Part shown: positions 18,609 to 27,471 of the stretch, piece by piece | How positions within the stretch are numbered: the stretch's first letter is position 1 | Layout: each line of letters opens with the position of its first letter | Sequence record: OU343168.1 | DNA: 64,000 nt | Strand: one strand, 5' to 3' | Notes under the pieces: generated by a model | What the model was told of the DNA's origin: nothing | Databases searched by the model: none | The model's input: the letters and a program-made list of their open reading frames with translations, nothing else | Position numbers and translations under genes: made by a program

Positions 18609-18628
18609 AAACCTACATTATTCATATG
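18609..18628 (+). promoter_or_regulatory. Early promoter motif AAACCTACATTAT-N4-ATG
   Basis: Intergenic, after a hairpin. Confidence 0.75.
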
Positions 18629-18672
18629 AATGAGCAACATGATCATTGTTTAACCCAAAGGAGTAACACCTC

Positions 18673-19077
18673 ATGATAGACCGTTCGTTGAAAACTGACC
18701 GAGACGATGAATGCACCGAGGGGCCGATCTCGCAGTTTGTCGACTACGTTACGAACAAAGACCATATACGGAACCATGAGAAATACTTGATGAGTCGTTG
18801 TGAGCGTGGGACTGAATCGGGACTGGAGGCGTGGATTAAATTCCAGTACGTCTTCGGGAGAGCGTTCGGTGAAGGGTACATCGGGAATCTCAAGTTCAGG
18901 GTCTATTACGATTTCGATACAGGGTTCGAGTTGTTTTACGTTCCCTTTACGTCCGGTCTCCGTCTGGAAAGACGGGGGGAAACACCCATGGTGTTCAGCA
19001 CGGACCCCAATCAACCGGGTAAAGAGAAGGAGTTCATCAAATTCCTGGTTGAACATCAGGCTGATCGTCAGAAATAA
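18673..19077 (+). CDS. Hypothetical early protein
   Basis: SD AAGGAG; behind promoter 18609. Confidence 0.7.
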   Translation: MIDRSLKTDRDDECTEGPISQFVDYVTNKDHIRNHEKYLMSRCERGTESGLEAWIKFQYVFGRAFGEGYIGNLKFRVYYDFDTGFELFYVPFTSGLRLERRGETPMVFSTDPNQPGKEKEFIKFLVEHQADRQK

Positions 19078-19091
19078 GAACGGGTATTACG

Positions 19092-19400
19092 ATGACCAAA
19101 TCCCCTGGGAGTCCTGAGGAAGAAGTCCCTATGATTCTTCCTAACGGAGAGTTCAATCCTAAATGGAGAACGTGGTACGGTAACCAATACGGCCTGAAAC
19201 CTAAGGAGGTCAGTTATCATCAGGTGGAACGGGTTAAGAAGATGCCTGAACCAGATCTGGTGACGAAGTCGGGTAAACTGAATCCTGTTTGGGTCACCTG
19301 GTACCGGATTATCAACAGGGTGACTACGCCCACCGCCCGCAATGCAGGGAAAGCGATTCTTGCCTTACGAGCTAAACAGACTAAGGGGGAAACAGCATGA
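19092..19400 (+). CDS. Hypothetical basic protein with an internal duplicated G-x2-NP-x-W-x-TWY motif
   Basis: NGEFNPKWRTWY and SGKLNPVWVTWY. Confidence 0.65.
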   Translation: MTKSPGSPEEEVPMILPNGEFNPKWRTWYGNQYGLKPKEVSYHQVERVKKMPEPDLVTKSGKLNPVWVTWYRIINRVTTPTARNAGKAILALRAKQTKGETA

Positions 19401-19606
19401 GCATACGACGTTCAATGAACCGTCCACCCGTAAGACCACTGGGTCTCCAGTTTGATCGGGAAGCGTTGTGGATGGCTCGTATCAGCTTCGTGATGACAAT
19501 GGAGATAGGAACATCTCCCGGGGCTGGGTTCCTAGCTGCTGAGCGTCGGTTTGGTAAGGATGCCGTTGAACTCACCACTCGTTTCCTCTCGGGTAATAAG
19601 AACTGA
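19397..19606 (+). CDS. Hypothetical protein
   Basis: ATGA overlap; SD GGGGG. Confidence 0.55.
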   Translation: MSIRRSMNRPPVRPLGLQFDREALWMARISFVMTMEIGTSPGAGFLAAERRFGKDAVELTTRFLSGNKN

Positions 19607-19780
19607 ATGTCAACTCTACGTGAAATAGCTGAATGGGTACGTGAGCAATCCTTAAAGACCCAGGAGAGTCAACAAAATGTCCCTGTTACGCCAATTCAAG
19701 AAATACCCGTTGCCAACGAGCTTCCGTCATACAGAAGTTCCGTGTTTCAATACGAAGATGCACGACTTACCTCAAGTTAA
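19607..19780 (+). CDS. Small hypothetical protein (57 aa), absent from ORF track
   Basis: ATG adjacent to previous stop; MSTLREIAEWVREQ...LTSS. Confidence 0.45.
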   Translation: MSTLREIAEWVREQSLKTQESQQNVPVTPIQEIPVANELPSYRSSVFQYEDARLTSS

Positions 19781-19886
19781 CGCTTCGTATGGGAAATCCC
19801 AAGTTACACAGTTCTTGCTCAGACGGGCACTGTTGAAGAAAACGAAGTAATGTTCTGAACTAAAGAGAATAAGGAGTTCTGCGTTC

Positions 19887-20333
19887 ATGAAACACTTTAT
19901 CTTTGCAATTCTGTTGTTCCCCATGGTAGCGTTCGGTGCGGTTAACCGTGAGAGCGCGCTCAACGGTCCTGAGACCTACACCTGTGAAGGGTACACTGAC
20001 AACGTTGTTGATACCGTTGAGGGGAGTAATGAAATCATAACGGACAATCCCATCCAGTGGGAGAGGACCGTAGTGCTTCGAACGACTCGGGGATATGTAA
20101 TCAAAGCGAATTCACTCTTCAAGGAAGATCAAATCCTGATGGTAGAACCTTTGATTACGAAGAAGGCGGACTATGCCGACAATGATTTCATCATGTTGTT
20201 TAAGAAGTTCAACGATGTAGGAACCCCCTATTTCCTCCTCTTCGTTACTGATGATCCCACCGTCAGCAGTGAAGAGGAAGATGAGAACCCCATTGTCCGG
20301 GTCGTCACCATAGCACCCTGTCGTGTGAATTAA
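19887..20333 (+). CDS. Putative exported/periplasmic protein
   Basis: Sec signal MKHFIFAILLFPMVAFG-A; SD AAGGAG; two Cys. Confidence 0.7.
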   Translation: MKHFIFAILLFPMVAFGAVNRESALNGPETYTCEGYTDNVVDTVEGSNEIITDNPIQWERTVVLRTTRGYVIKANSLFKEDQILMVEPLITKKADYADNDFIMLFKKFNDVGTPYFLLFVTDDPTVSSEEEDENPIVRVVTIAPCRVN

Positions 20334-20344
20334 CTTCCGGTGCA

Positions 20345-20370
20345 GAACAGGAGGGACATCCCTCCTGTTC
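20345..20370 (+). terminator. Hairpin
   Basis: GAACAGGAGGGA/TCCCTCCTGTTC. Confidence 0.6.
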
Positions 20371-20396
20371 ATCCACATTAAGATAGGACACGCCCT

Positions 20397-20879
20397 ATGA
20401 CAATTCGTTTAGACATTCTCCACCGGTTTCATCAGATTGAGGGGATACGGGAGACCATCATCGACTTCTCTACCCGACTGTTCGACTACGAGTTTGCCTT
20501 GTCGGGAATACCCGCCCACCTCAAAGACCAATACGAAGTCCCAAACTCGGCAAACGCTTATGATGAGCTCTTCGCGGATACGGATCTCTGTATTCTGGCC
20601 TTGGATGAGGATACGCCCATCGGGATGCTGCTGTCCGCCTACGAACGCCCCAATGCCATCGAAGTCTTGTTTGTAGAAGAGAAGTACCGGAATAAGCACG
20701 TCGGTAAGGTTCTGGTTGAACAATTCCACCGCATTAAGCTGGGTCATCCGATCTTTGTCACCGTAATGGCGTGGAATCCCTCCGCGCGTCGCTTCTACGA
20801 ACGGAATGGTTTTATCTTTAAGGAAGATAGCCAACATGGAGAACAGGCCTTAAAGGGTGTACGTTCTCTCCTGGATTAA
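20397..20879 (+). CDS. GNAT family acetyltransferase
   Basis: LFVEEKYRNKHVGKVLV acetyl-CoA motif, N-x2-A-x2-FYERNGF. Confidence 0.85.
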   Translation: MTIRLDILHRFHQIEGIRETIIDFSTRLFDYEFALSGIPAHLKDQYEVPNSANAYDELFADTDLCILALDEDTPIGMLLSAYERPNAIEVLFVEEKYRNKHVGKVLVEQFHRIKLGHPIFVTVMAWNPSARRFYERNGFIFKEDSQHGEQALKGVRSLLD

Positions 20880-20925
20880 ACCCTTACTTCCTACTCACTT
20901 CCTAGCAACAATGTTGGAGTCTAAG

Positions 20926-21471
20926 ATGACTACGATTGTGTTCAGTAACCGCGTCCTTCCTCCTGTCTTCCGTTCGGTCCACGGGGTTTATGAATCCACG
21001 GCGATTAAAACCAAGGACGGACGACTCAAGTTGATAACGGGTTTCAGTTTCGGGAAAATGGGTGAAATCATTCGCGTAGGGTACATCGATCCCCAGAAAC
21101 TAACTGATCCCCGGGAACTGAAAGCTTACCACGGCCAGGTCTTGGAAGTCATTGAACTGTTCGAGAACTTACAGTTCTGGGTCAAACAACAGATTCGAGA
21201 GTACGAGAGGGGTGGGTACAAGAGTGTACCTGAATACTGCTCCTTCGTACTCCAACAAGAATACCCCATCCTGATCCACGGTAAGGTTAAGGGCGCGGCG
21301 CTGAAAGTCGAGTTATTTGGTAGAGACATCAATGAAATGGTTTTCTCGACCACGCTGAATAACCCTGATCTCGAACGTATCTTCCTCGATAAGCTGGCGG
21401 TCATCGTTGACGGTTTCCGGAATCATCTTTCTGACGTGGATAAAAATGTCACACTGGAACAATTGTTTTAA
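20926..21471 (+). CDS. Hypothetical protein
   Basis: SD GGAG before ATG 20926 within track ORF 20857-21471. Confidence 0.6.
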   Translation: MTTIVFSNRVLPPVFRSVHGVYESTAIKTKDGRLKLITGFSFGKMGEIIRVGYIDPQKLTDPRELKAYHGQVLEVIELFENLQFWVKQQIREYERGGYKSVPEYCSFVLQQEYPILIHGKVKGAALKVELFGRDINEMVFSTTLNNPDLERIFLDKLAVIVDGFRNHLSDVDKNVTLEQLF

Positions 21472-21481
21472 GGAGAACGGT

Positions 21482-21952
21482 ATGAAATGGATTGTTTTGA
21501 TCACCACACTCCTGGTTAGTCTGGCTGTGAAGGCCAACGAAGACAGCTTTGTCTGTCACCAATACGGGTTTACCCAAGACCCTGAGCGTTTCCATTCCCT
21601 GTCCATGAGTCCCCAGGTTAATACGTTCGACCTCACCGCCGACCGAGTAATCTACCAAGGGCGTTTGTTTATCGGGGTGGAACCCCGAGACTACGACTTT
21701 GATGACACGGTCGTAACCTACCTGAATGCGGAACGCAATGAGATTTTGTACTTCTACTTAGTGGGCGAGCAACCTGAAATAGGGATCAGTCGCTTGGTAG
21801 AAGACTCGGATACGTTTTTCAGCGATAAAGCGCTGTTTACGCACTGTTCATTCATCCCTAAAGGAGGAAGCGACGTTGACGATGCTTCCCAACATTCATC
21901 TCGTGTTAAAACCGGAGGAATTAGCGGACTTATCCCCGTACGACATTTTTAA
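21482..21952 (+). CDS. Putative exported/periplasmic protein
   Basis: Signal peptide MKWIVLITTLLVSLAVKA; SD AAGGAG. Confidence 0.7.
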   Translation: MKWIVLITTLLVSLAVKANEDSFVCHQYGFTQDPERFHSLSMSPQVNTFDLTADRVIYQGRLFIGVEPRDYDFDDTVVTYLNAERNEILYFYLVGEQPEIGISRLVEDSDTFFSDKALFTHCSFIPKGGSDVDDASQHSSRVKTGGISGLIPVRHF

Positions 21953-22103
21953 AGTAAAGGCGGTCAAAGACACGGGTATTGTTATCGCCCACGGCGCCCT
22001 TTGCTTTTTCATTAAAGGTATCCTTCCGGGTATTAAGCCAGGGGACACTTTGTTCTTGTACAAGGACATGCTAATTCCGAAAGAACAACCTCTTTATATT
22101 TAA
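21876..22103 (+). CDS. Hypothetical protein
   Basis: Strong SD AAGGAGG 8 nt before TTG. Confidence 0.55.
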   Translation: MTMLPNIHLVLKPEELADLSPYDIFKVKAVKDTGIVIAHGALCFFIKGILPGIKPGDTLFLYKDMLIPKEQPLYI

Positions 22104-22111
22104 GGTGACGT

Positions 22112-22444
22112 ATGACAGTCGAATTTATTCCCACACCTTTGATGACGCAACACATTACCTCAGGATATAGTGAAATCAACCAACAGGTACGTACGGCTCT
22201 AGAGATCCAAGAGAAATCGAGTGGTGTACTGGAGCTGATACGTTTCAGTATGCAGCGGGTGAGCGATGCCTTGCGGACCTACGGGTACAGGTCCAAAGAC
22301 TACCGAGAGGTCTTGGTCCGAGAAGAACAGTACCAGGCAGGGCTGGAGTTGCTCTATAAGGACCTTCTCCGGGCATTCGAAGCAACAGTCGAAAACACCA
22401 CCTCCACGCTCAAGAGTTTCAAGGACGAAAATGGGCTATGGTAA
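22112..22444 (+). CDS. Hypothetical helical protein
   Basis: SD AAGGT; operon spacing. Confidence 0.65.
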   Translation: MTVEFIPTPLMTQHITSGYSEINQQVRTALEIQEKSSGVLELIRFSMQRVSDALRTYGYRSKDYREVLVREEQYQAGLELLYKDLLRAFEATVENTTSTLKSFKDENGLW

Positions 22445-22716
22445 AGGTTGAGGTTAAACACGGACTCTCAGACTCCCAGCGAGCGGTGTTGAAAACCCAA
22501 TTGCTGGATGTGGGAGTCCGTGTGGTAACCCTGACAAGGGGAGGTGACGAAACCCTAATAGGGTACGTGCATACCTTCAGTGGTAATAACCCTATTGGGG
22601 TTCAGCTTCGTTTACAGGATCCGTCCCTTTCCCTGACGCCACAACAGTTAGCCAGTTTTAAGTTTGCGATACGGAAGGGGCGGTTTGTTCTAGAGACACG
22701 CGGTAAGAAGAGGTGA
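22438..22716 (+). CDS. Hypothetical protein
   Basis: Overlaps previous stop; same strand. Confidence 0.6.
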   Translation: MVKVEVKHGLSDSQRAVLKTQLLDVGVRVVTLTRGGDETLIGYVHTFSGNNPIGVQLRLQDPSLSLTPQQLASFKFAIRKGRFVLETRGKKR

Positions 22717-22719
22717 ATA

Positions 22720-23199
22720 GTGAATGTGTTCACACAGTGGATTAAACGGGTCTTCAAACGTCAACATGAGCCTCTCTTGAGTCAAGAGGAGACCAACGCC
22801 CTCATTAAGGATGTAACCACGGACTACCTCAAAACTGCGGTATCGATCGTGTTGAGAACTGTTCCCCATACCACGTTGGATGGTAAACCGAACCCTCGCT
22901 GGATTATGGGTGTCGCTCCAGGGTTCCCGGATTATGATGTCGAAGCACTGATCGGGGTTATTAACGGACCGCGTAAGGAAGAAGACGACGTCATCGATGA
23001 CTATGTCTTCCACCGGAATGAGTCGGCTAATTACCGGAATCTGGATGAAGAACTTCAACCGTTTATTAAGCCCGCTGTACGGTTCAATGAGAATAACAAA
23101 ATCGAAATCAAGTTACTGGGCGGTTGGAAACCTTTTAACCCCGCTGTGTCGGGCTCTGTACGGAGAAAAATGAATGAAGACAAACACTTCACCGCCTGA
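22720..23199 (+). CDS. Hypothetical protein
   Basis: GTG start after GAGGT. Confidence 0.6.
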   Translation: MNVFTQWIKRVFKRQHEPLLSQEETNALIKDVTTDYLKTAVSIVLRTVPHTTLDGKPNPRWIMGVAPGFPDYDVEALIGVINGPRKEEDDVIDDYVFHRNESANYRNLDEELQPFIKPAVRFNENNKIEIKLLGGWKPFNPAVSGSVRRKMNEDKHFTA

Positions 23200-23722
23200 G
23201 TACATCATCAGTGAGAACGGTGACTGGTTCCATTTCAGTGGGTATTGGAAGAAGTTCTCCCGGTGCTTGTGTCGGATGGGTGGGAAGTTCCATGAGGCTA
23301 TCGATGTCTCGTTAACCCCGATTAATGTCTGGGAGTGGGAAAATCTGAAACAGGTTCGTATTCGTAAACACCGCACCGCTGAGACCAATCCCTTTGCCTT
23401 TTCCCATTCGTTCCCCAAAGTGCATTACAACCACCTGGTAGAAAAAGTGGGGGAGACGATCGCGCACCTGCTGGTTCACGAGGATCTCTTGGCTGAAATA
23501 GACATGTCGCTGTTTCGCCACATGGATCGTGTGTGGGGATGGGGTGGTGGTGTGCCCTTTATCCTGGTGTGTAAAGAGCGAGACCGTTACCCTGAGCTCC
23601 TGGAACATTGGTTCACTGTATTGGATAACGAATCCGCGTACTTGAAAAGCATGGATGAGGACATGATGCAACGTTATCTCATCCATACTGAAAGCTGTCG
23701 GGCTAAAGCCCACTCTCACTAA
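23174..23722 (+). CDS. Hypothetical protein
   Basis: SD GGAG; overlaps previous gene end. Confidence 0.6.
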   Translation: MKTNTSPPEYIISENGDWFHFSGYWKKFSRCLCRMGGKFHEAIDVSLTPINVWEWENLKQVRIRKHRTAETNPFAFSHSFPKVHYNHLVEKVGETIAHLLVHEDLLAEIDMSLFRHMDRVWGWGGGVPFILVCKERDRYPELLEHWFTVLDNESAYLKSMDEDMMQRYLIHTESCRAKAHSH

Positions 23723-23793
23723 TTCCGAACACCCGCTCCTATTCTTTACCTCGGAATGACAACTCAATCGTTAATGATCTATAAGGAACCTGA

Positions 23794-24054
23794 ATGACTA
23801 CCATCAAAGTCCAACAAAAATTGGGTCTGGCTGCTTTTGCTATCCTGTCGGACCAACTGAAAGCAGAAGGTATTCACGTGATTAACCCGGTAGAGGGCGA
23901 GGTGGTTACCGCTGACGATGTTGTCGGTAAAGTCCTGGCCGCCTTCAACCTGGGCAAGACGATTGTTGTGAACGCTGACGTCCCCGCTAGCAATAAAGGG
24001 GTGAATTACCGGTTCGAACGGATTGGGGGAGCGTACTACCTGGTCCGGAAGTAG
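23794..24054 (+). CDS. Hypothetical protein
   Basis: SD AAGGA; followed by a hairpin. Confidence 0.7.
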   Translation: MTTIKVQQKLGLAAFAILSDQLKAEGIHVINPVEGEVVTADDVVGKVLAAFNLGKTIVVNADVPASNKGVNYRFERIGGAYYLVRK

Positions 24055-24120
24055 CTAACGACTCGCCCTCCTGCCTTATTGGCAGGGGGGTGTATGTCCT
24101 TTATTTGTTGCGAGGTGGTT

Positions 24121-24783
24121 ATGTCAAGGCAATCGTTGTTGGAATATGGGAGAGGGTGGTTGTGTGACCAGGGTGGTGAGGGTAAAGAGGAATGGACCGG
24201 GGGTGACGCGGTGTTCTACTCCATGAGTGTCAGTCCTTTAGCTTATCCCACCACCACCTTTTGGACGGGTCGTTTCAATATCCACATGGAGAACATCACT
24301 GTTCGGTTACATTCGCACGATAATGATCCTGAATTGGTGTTGTTCTTCAATAAGCTCAATCTACTGGAACAGGGTATACAGGAGTATTGCAAGGCGTTCA
24401 GGAAGGCCCTCAATAACCCGAAGAAACCCCTAAAGGAAACCGTCTATAAGCGGCAGTGGCTCAACCCTGAGAACATTGAAGCGCCCTTTACGGGGTATTA
24501 TTTCTATTGCATCGATCAGGATAAGGCGGGTCGGTTCTGCGTTGGGGATTGCCACCGGACCATTGTGATGTGGATGGACATTCACCACAATGACGGGAGG
24601 GTCTTTAACAAAGCGCTGTTAGAAGTTCAACTCAACGCCCTGCAATGTCTGGTGACCTATTTGAAGGAGGCTCAGGTTAAGATCAAGAGTCTTCGTAAGC
24701 AATACAAGGTCTTAGGTTGGGATAAACCCCAGGAGCTCCAGAGTGACTCACCCCCTGAGGACGTTCTTCCAGATCCCCAGTAG
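24121..24783 (+). CDS. Hypothetical protein
   Basis: SD GAGGT before ATG 24121 (track start lies in the upstream hairpin). Confidence 0.65.
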   Translation: MSRQSLLEYGRGWLCDQGGEGKEEWTGGDAVFYSMSVSPLAYPTTTFWTGRFNIHMENITVRLHSHDNDPELVLFFNKLNLLEQGIQEYCKAFRKALNNPKKPLKETVYKRQWLNPENIEAPFTGYYFYCIDQDKAGRFCVGDCHRTIVMWMDIHHNDGRVFNKALLEVQLNALQCLVTYLKEAQVKIKSLRKQYKVLGWDKPQELQSDSPPEDVLPDPQ

Positions 24784-24791
24784 AAATTAAT

Positions 24792-24811
24792 AAACCTATA
24801 TTACTCAGGTG
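24792..24811 (+). promoter_or_regulatory. Early promoter AAACCTATATTAC-N4-GTG upstream of groEL
   Basis: Contains exact TATATTAC. Confidence 0.8.
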
Positions 24812-24847
24812 TAATGCAATTAGGTATGGTTTAACAGGAGTACGAAG

Positions 24848-26524
24848 ATGTCTCAAACGCTGCTGGTACATGGTGAAGATGCCCAAGGAATCATTAAACA
24901 GGTCTTGAGTGAGGTGTATGATGCCGTCACTTCGACCATGGGTCCGAATGGTCAGTTGGTGATGATCAAGAATGGGGTCTCCACCAAGACCACCAAGGAT
25001 GGGGTGACGGTAGCCCGTTCCATTCGCTTTGCAGATGAAGCCCATGAATTGGTGAACCGGGTAATTACCGAGCCGGCTACGAAGACCGATGAGGAATGCG
25101 GGGATGGCACTACTACTACCATCATGCTGACCCATGCGCTCTATCACCTGTTCAAGGACTTCCCAGGCTTCCAACACCACCGGAACATTGAAGACCTGGT
25201 AGAGCGGGTTATCCAACGTTTGGAATCCATGGCGATACGAGTGGAAGTGGATGACCCTCGGTTGTATCAAGTGGCCCTGACCTCGTCCAACCAGGATGAA
25301 AAGCTCGCCCGACTGGTCAGTGAGCTCTATGCGAATAACAAAGGGAGTTATCCGGATATTGAACTCAAGGAAGGGGTCAACTTCGAAGACCAGATCGAAC
25401 AAACCACAGGGCGCACCATCCGCATGTTCTACGCGAATCCCTGGTTTGCGAAAGGCCACCAAGGGGGTGTGACAGAATTGACGGGGTTTACGGCGTTCGT
25501 TATCGATCGTCGGATTGACAAGGAAGACACCCAGAAGTTGATTGATGGTGTGAATCACCTTGTGAAAACCCACAAACAACACCTGATCCTTCCCATCCTG
25601 CTGATTGCACGAAGTTTCGAAGAAGCCGCTAACTCGACCCTGATGCAATTGAATGCGGCGCACCCAACCCTGGTAGAAGATGGGCGCCCTTGGTTGATTC
25701 CGTTGAGTACGCCGGTAGGTGGTGCAATTGGGACCTCTGAACTGCAAGACATCGCGGTCATGCTGAACGCCCCTATGCTCAGTGACGTAGGGGATCTGAC
25801 CAAGTTGGATGCCCATTCGATCAATAGCCAACACGGCCAACTGGAACTGGGGGGGAATCGGTCTATCCTGAAGAGTACCACCCCTAAGGATGAAGACCGG
25901 ATCGAACAACATGCTCGGGGTATTGAGGAACTGTTGGAGGGGTTTAGCCTCAGCGATAAGTTCTCTGTACGCGCTCGGTACAACGAACGGCGTATCCGGA
26001 CCCTACGGGGTAAGTTGATTACCATTTCCGTAGGTGGTGAAACCTATTCTGAAGTCAAGGAACGGGTAGATCGGTACGAGGATGTGGTGAAAGCCATTCG
26101 TTCCGCCTTGGAGAACGGTATCCTTCCTGGCGGTGGTGTATCCCTGGTTAAGGCGGTCTTCGGTACGATCAAGGAAGGCCTCGAAGATAAAGACCAGAGC
26201 GCTGAGTTTGCTAAGCGGTATATCAACTCAGGCATTGCCAATGAGTTGATGCGACTGTCCACTATTCAGCATAAGCTGTTGTTCAAGGACACAGCGCTGT
26301 ATAAGGAAAATGGGAGTTTCCATTTTAATGATGATTGGCTCAATACACCGACCGTCATGAATCTGGCAACTGGTGAGATTGGTACCCCGGAGGGATTGGG
26401 TATTTATGACACCGCGTATGCTTCTATCACTGCGCTGAAAGGCGGTCTCCAAACCGCTAAGATCTTGGCCACTACGAAGACACTGATCCTAGGGGAGAAG
26501 TTGTCGGCGGTTAAGGTACGGTAA
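24848..26524 (+). CDS. groEL: Phage chaperonin GroEL (EL gp146-like), no GroES nearby
   Basis: TMGPNG, TKDGVTVARSI, GDGTTT, ILPGGG, YDT motifs; 558 aa; lacks the GGM tail. Confidence 0.97.
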   Translation: MSQTLLVHGEDAQGIIKQVLSEVYDAVTSTMGPNGQLVMIKNGVSTKTTKDGVTVARSIRFADEAHELVNRVITEPATKTDEECGDGTTTTIMLTHALYHLFKDFPGFQHHRNIEDLVERVIQRLESMAIRVEVDDPRLYQVALTSSNQDEKLARLVSELYANNKGSYPDIELKEGVNFEDQIEQTTGRTIRMFYANPWFAKGHQGGVTELTGFTAFVIDRRIDKEDTQKLIDGVNHLVKTHKQHLILPILLIARSFEEAANSTLMQLNAAHPTLVEDGRPWLIPLSTPVGGAIGTSELQDIAVMLNAPMLSDVGDLTKLDAHSINSQHGQLELGGNRSILKSTTPKDEDRIEQHARGIEELLEGFSLSDKFSVRARYNERRIRTLRGKLITISVGGETYSEVKERVDRYEDVVKAIRSALENGILPGGGVSLVKAVFGTIKEGLEDKDQSAEFAKRYINSGIANELMRLSTIQHKLLFKDTALYKENGSFHFNDDWLNTPTVMNLATGEIGTPEGLGIYDTAYASITALKGGLQTAKILATTKTLILGEKLSAVKVR

Positions 26525-26533
26525 GGGGTTTGT

Positions 26534-26573
26534 AAAGGAGTAGGGGGAAGACCCCTACTCCTTTATTTTTTTT
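26534..26573 (+). terminator. groEL terminator with T-tract
   Basis: AAAGGAGTAGGGG/CCCCTACTCCTTT then T run. Confidence 0.8.
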
Positions 26574-26685
26574 TAAGGAAATCGATGGATGACGAAGCAT
26601 TTGAAGGAGGTAGACATCCTATGCAGTGAGTCTTGTAACTTCTTTTGACTTACTCCCATTGGATCACCTTTAAGAGGATAAAGCA

Positions 26686-27315
26686 ATGGCTTCAAACCTT
26701 CCAATCCAAACGATCTTCCTCGACAAGTTCGTCGAGTTCAACAAAGACCGCTACAAAGACCAGGCGGAAATGCTCGCCCTCTTTGACGGCCTGACCCTCG
26801 CGGACATCACGATCTCCGATATCACCGCCGACGGCACCAACCCCGAGCTGCAAAGCGCCACGGTCACCTCTGTGAGCCGCAACTTCAAGGGTGTCGAACA
26901 AAAATGGCTCCCGGCGAACATCAACACTCCGTTCGCCTTCGTGGTGGTGAACAAAGGCGCTCCCCTGACCGGCGAAGACCAACTGGCCGAGCAGACCACC
27001 CCGGGTGCCTACGTTTACCTGGTCGGTGAAGGCGAAGAAGCGGTTCAACGCGTGGGCCTGGTGCTGGCTTCCACCACCACCACTGAAACCCAAGCCGCCG
27101 ACGCCCTGGCGCTGTTCAAGGCCAACTTCGAATACGTCCTGGACGACGCCGATGTCGATACTGCCACCGCCAAGGTGCTCAAGGTAACCACCAACCCGTT
27201 CACCCGCGGCGAGCTCGTGTACGAAATTGGTAAGGCTCCGATCATCGAGATTCCGGAAACCGACTACGGTCGTCTGGAATTCAAAGAAATCGTTCAACCC
27301 GAACCCCAACCGTAA
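26686..27315 (+). CDS. Probable abundant virion protein; paralogue of 39003-39596
   Basis: Extreme C-ending codon bias; N-terminus FLDKFVEFNKDRYKD...LTL matches FLERFIAFNKERYSD...LTL. Confidence 0.65.
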   Translation: MASNLPIQTIFLDKFVEFNKDRYKDQAEMLALFDGLTLADITISDITADGTNPELQSATVTSVSRNFKGVEQKWLPANINTPFAFVVVNKGAPLTGEDQLAEQTTPGAYVYLVGEGEEAVQRVGLVLASTTTTETQAADALALFKANFEYVLDDADVDTATAKVLKVTTNPFTRGELVYEIGKAPIIEIPETDYGRLEFKEIVQPEPQP

Positions 27316-27322
27316 GCTAGAT

Positions 27323-27355
27323 AACTACCAAGTGGGCTAGCCCCACTTGGTAGTT
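27323..27355 (+). terminator. Hairpin
   Basis: AACTACCAAGTGGG/CCCACTTGGTAGTT. Confidence 0.7.
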
Positions 27356-27394
27356 TACCTCTCTTCGTACCTCATTTCAATTCCAGTGAATTTC

Positions 27395-27414
27395 AAATCT
27401 ACATCATCAGTGTG
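27395..27414 (+). promoter_or_regulatory. Early promoter motif AAATCTACATCAT-N4-GTG
   Basis: Intergenic, after a hairpin. Confidence 0.65.
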
Positions 27415-27471
27415 AGCCAGGGGCAATAAAAGTTCACGGATGAATGAATTCTCTTGCAACTGGTGCTTTAA

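Noticed and set aside
24781-24847. CIRCE or ROSE heat-shock element upstream of groEL
   Set aside because: No TTAGCACTC-N9-GAGTGCTAA and no recognisable ROSE hairpin; only the weaker repeats reported above.
23794-27315. groES partner near groEL
   Set aside because: No flanking ORF has GroES motifs (PL-x-DRV, mobile loop GGI); the 86-aa ORF at 23794 is of similar size but lacks them.
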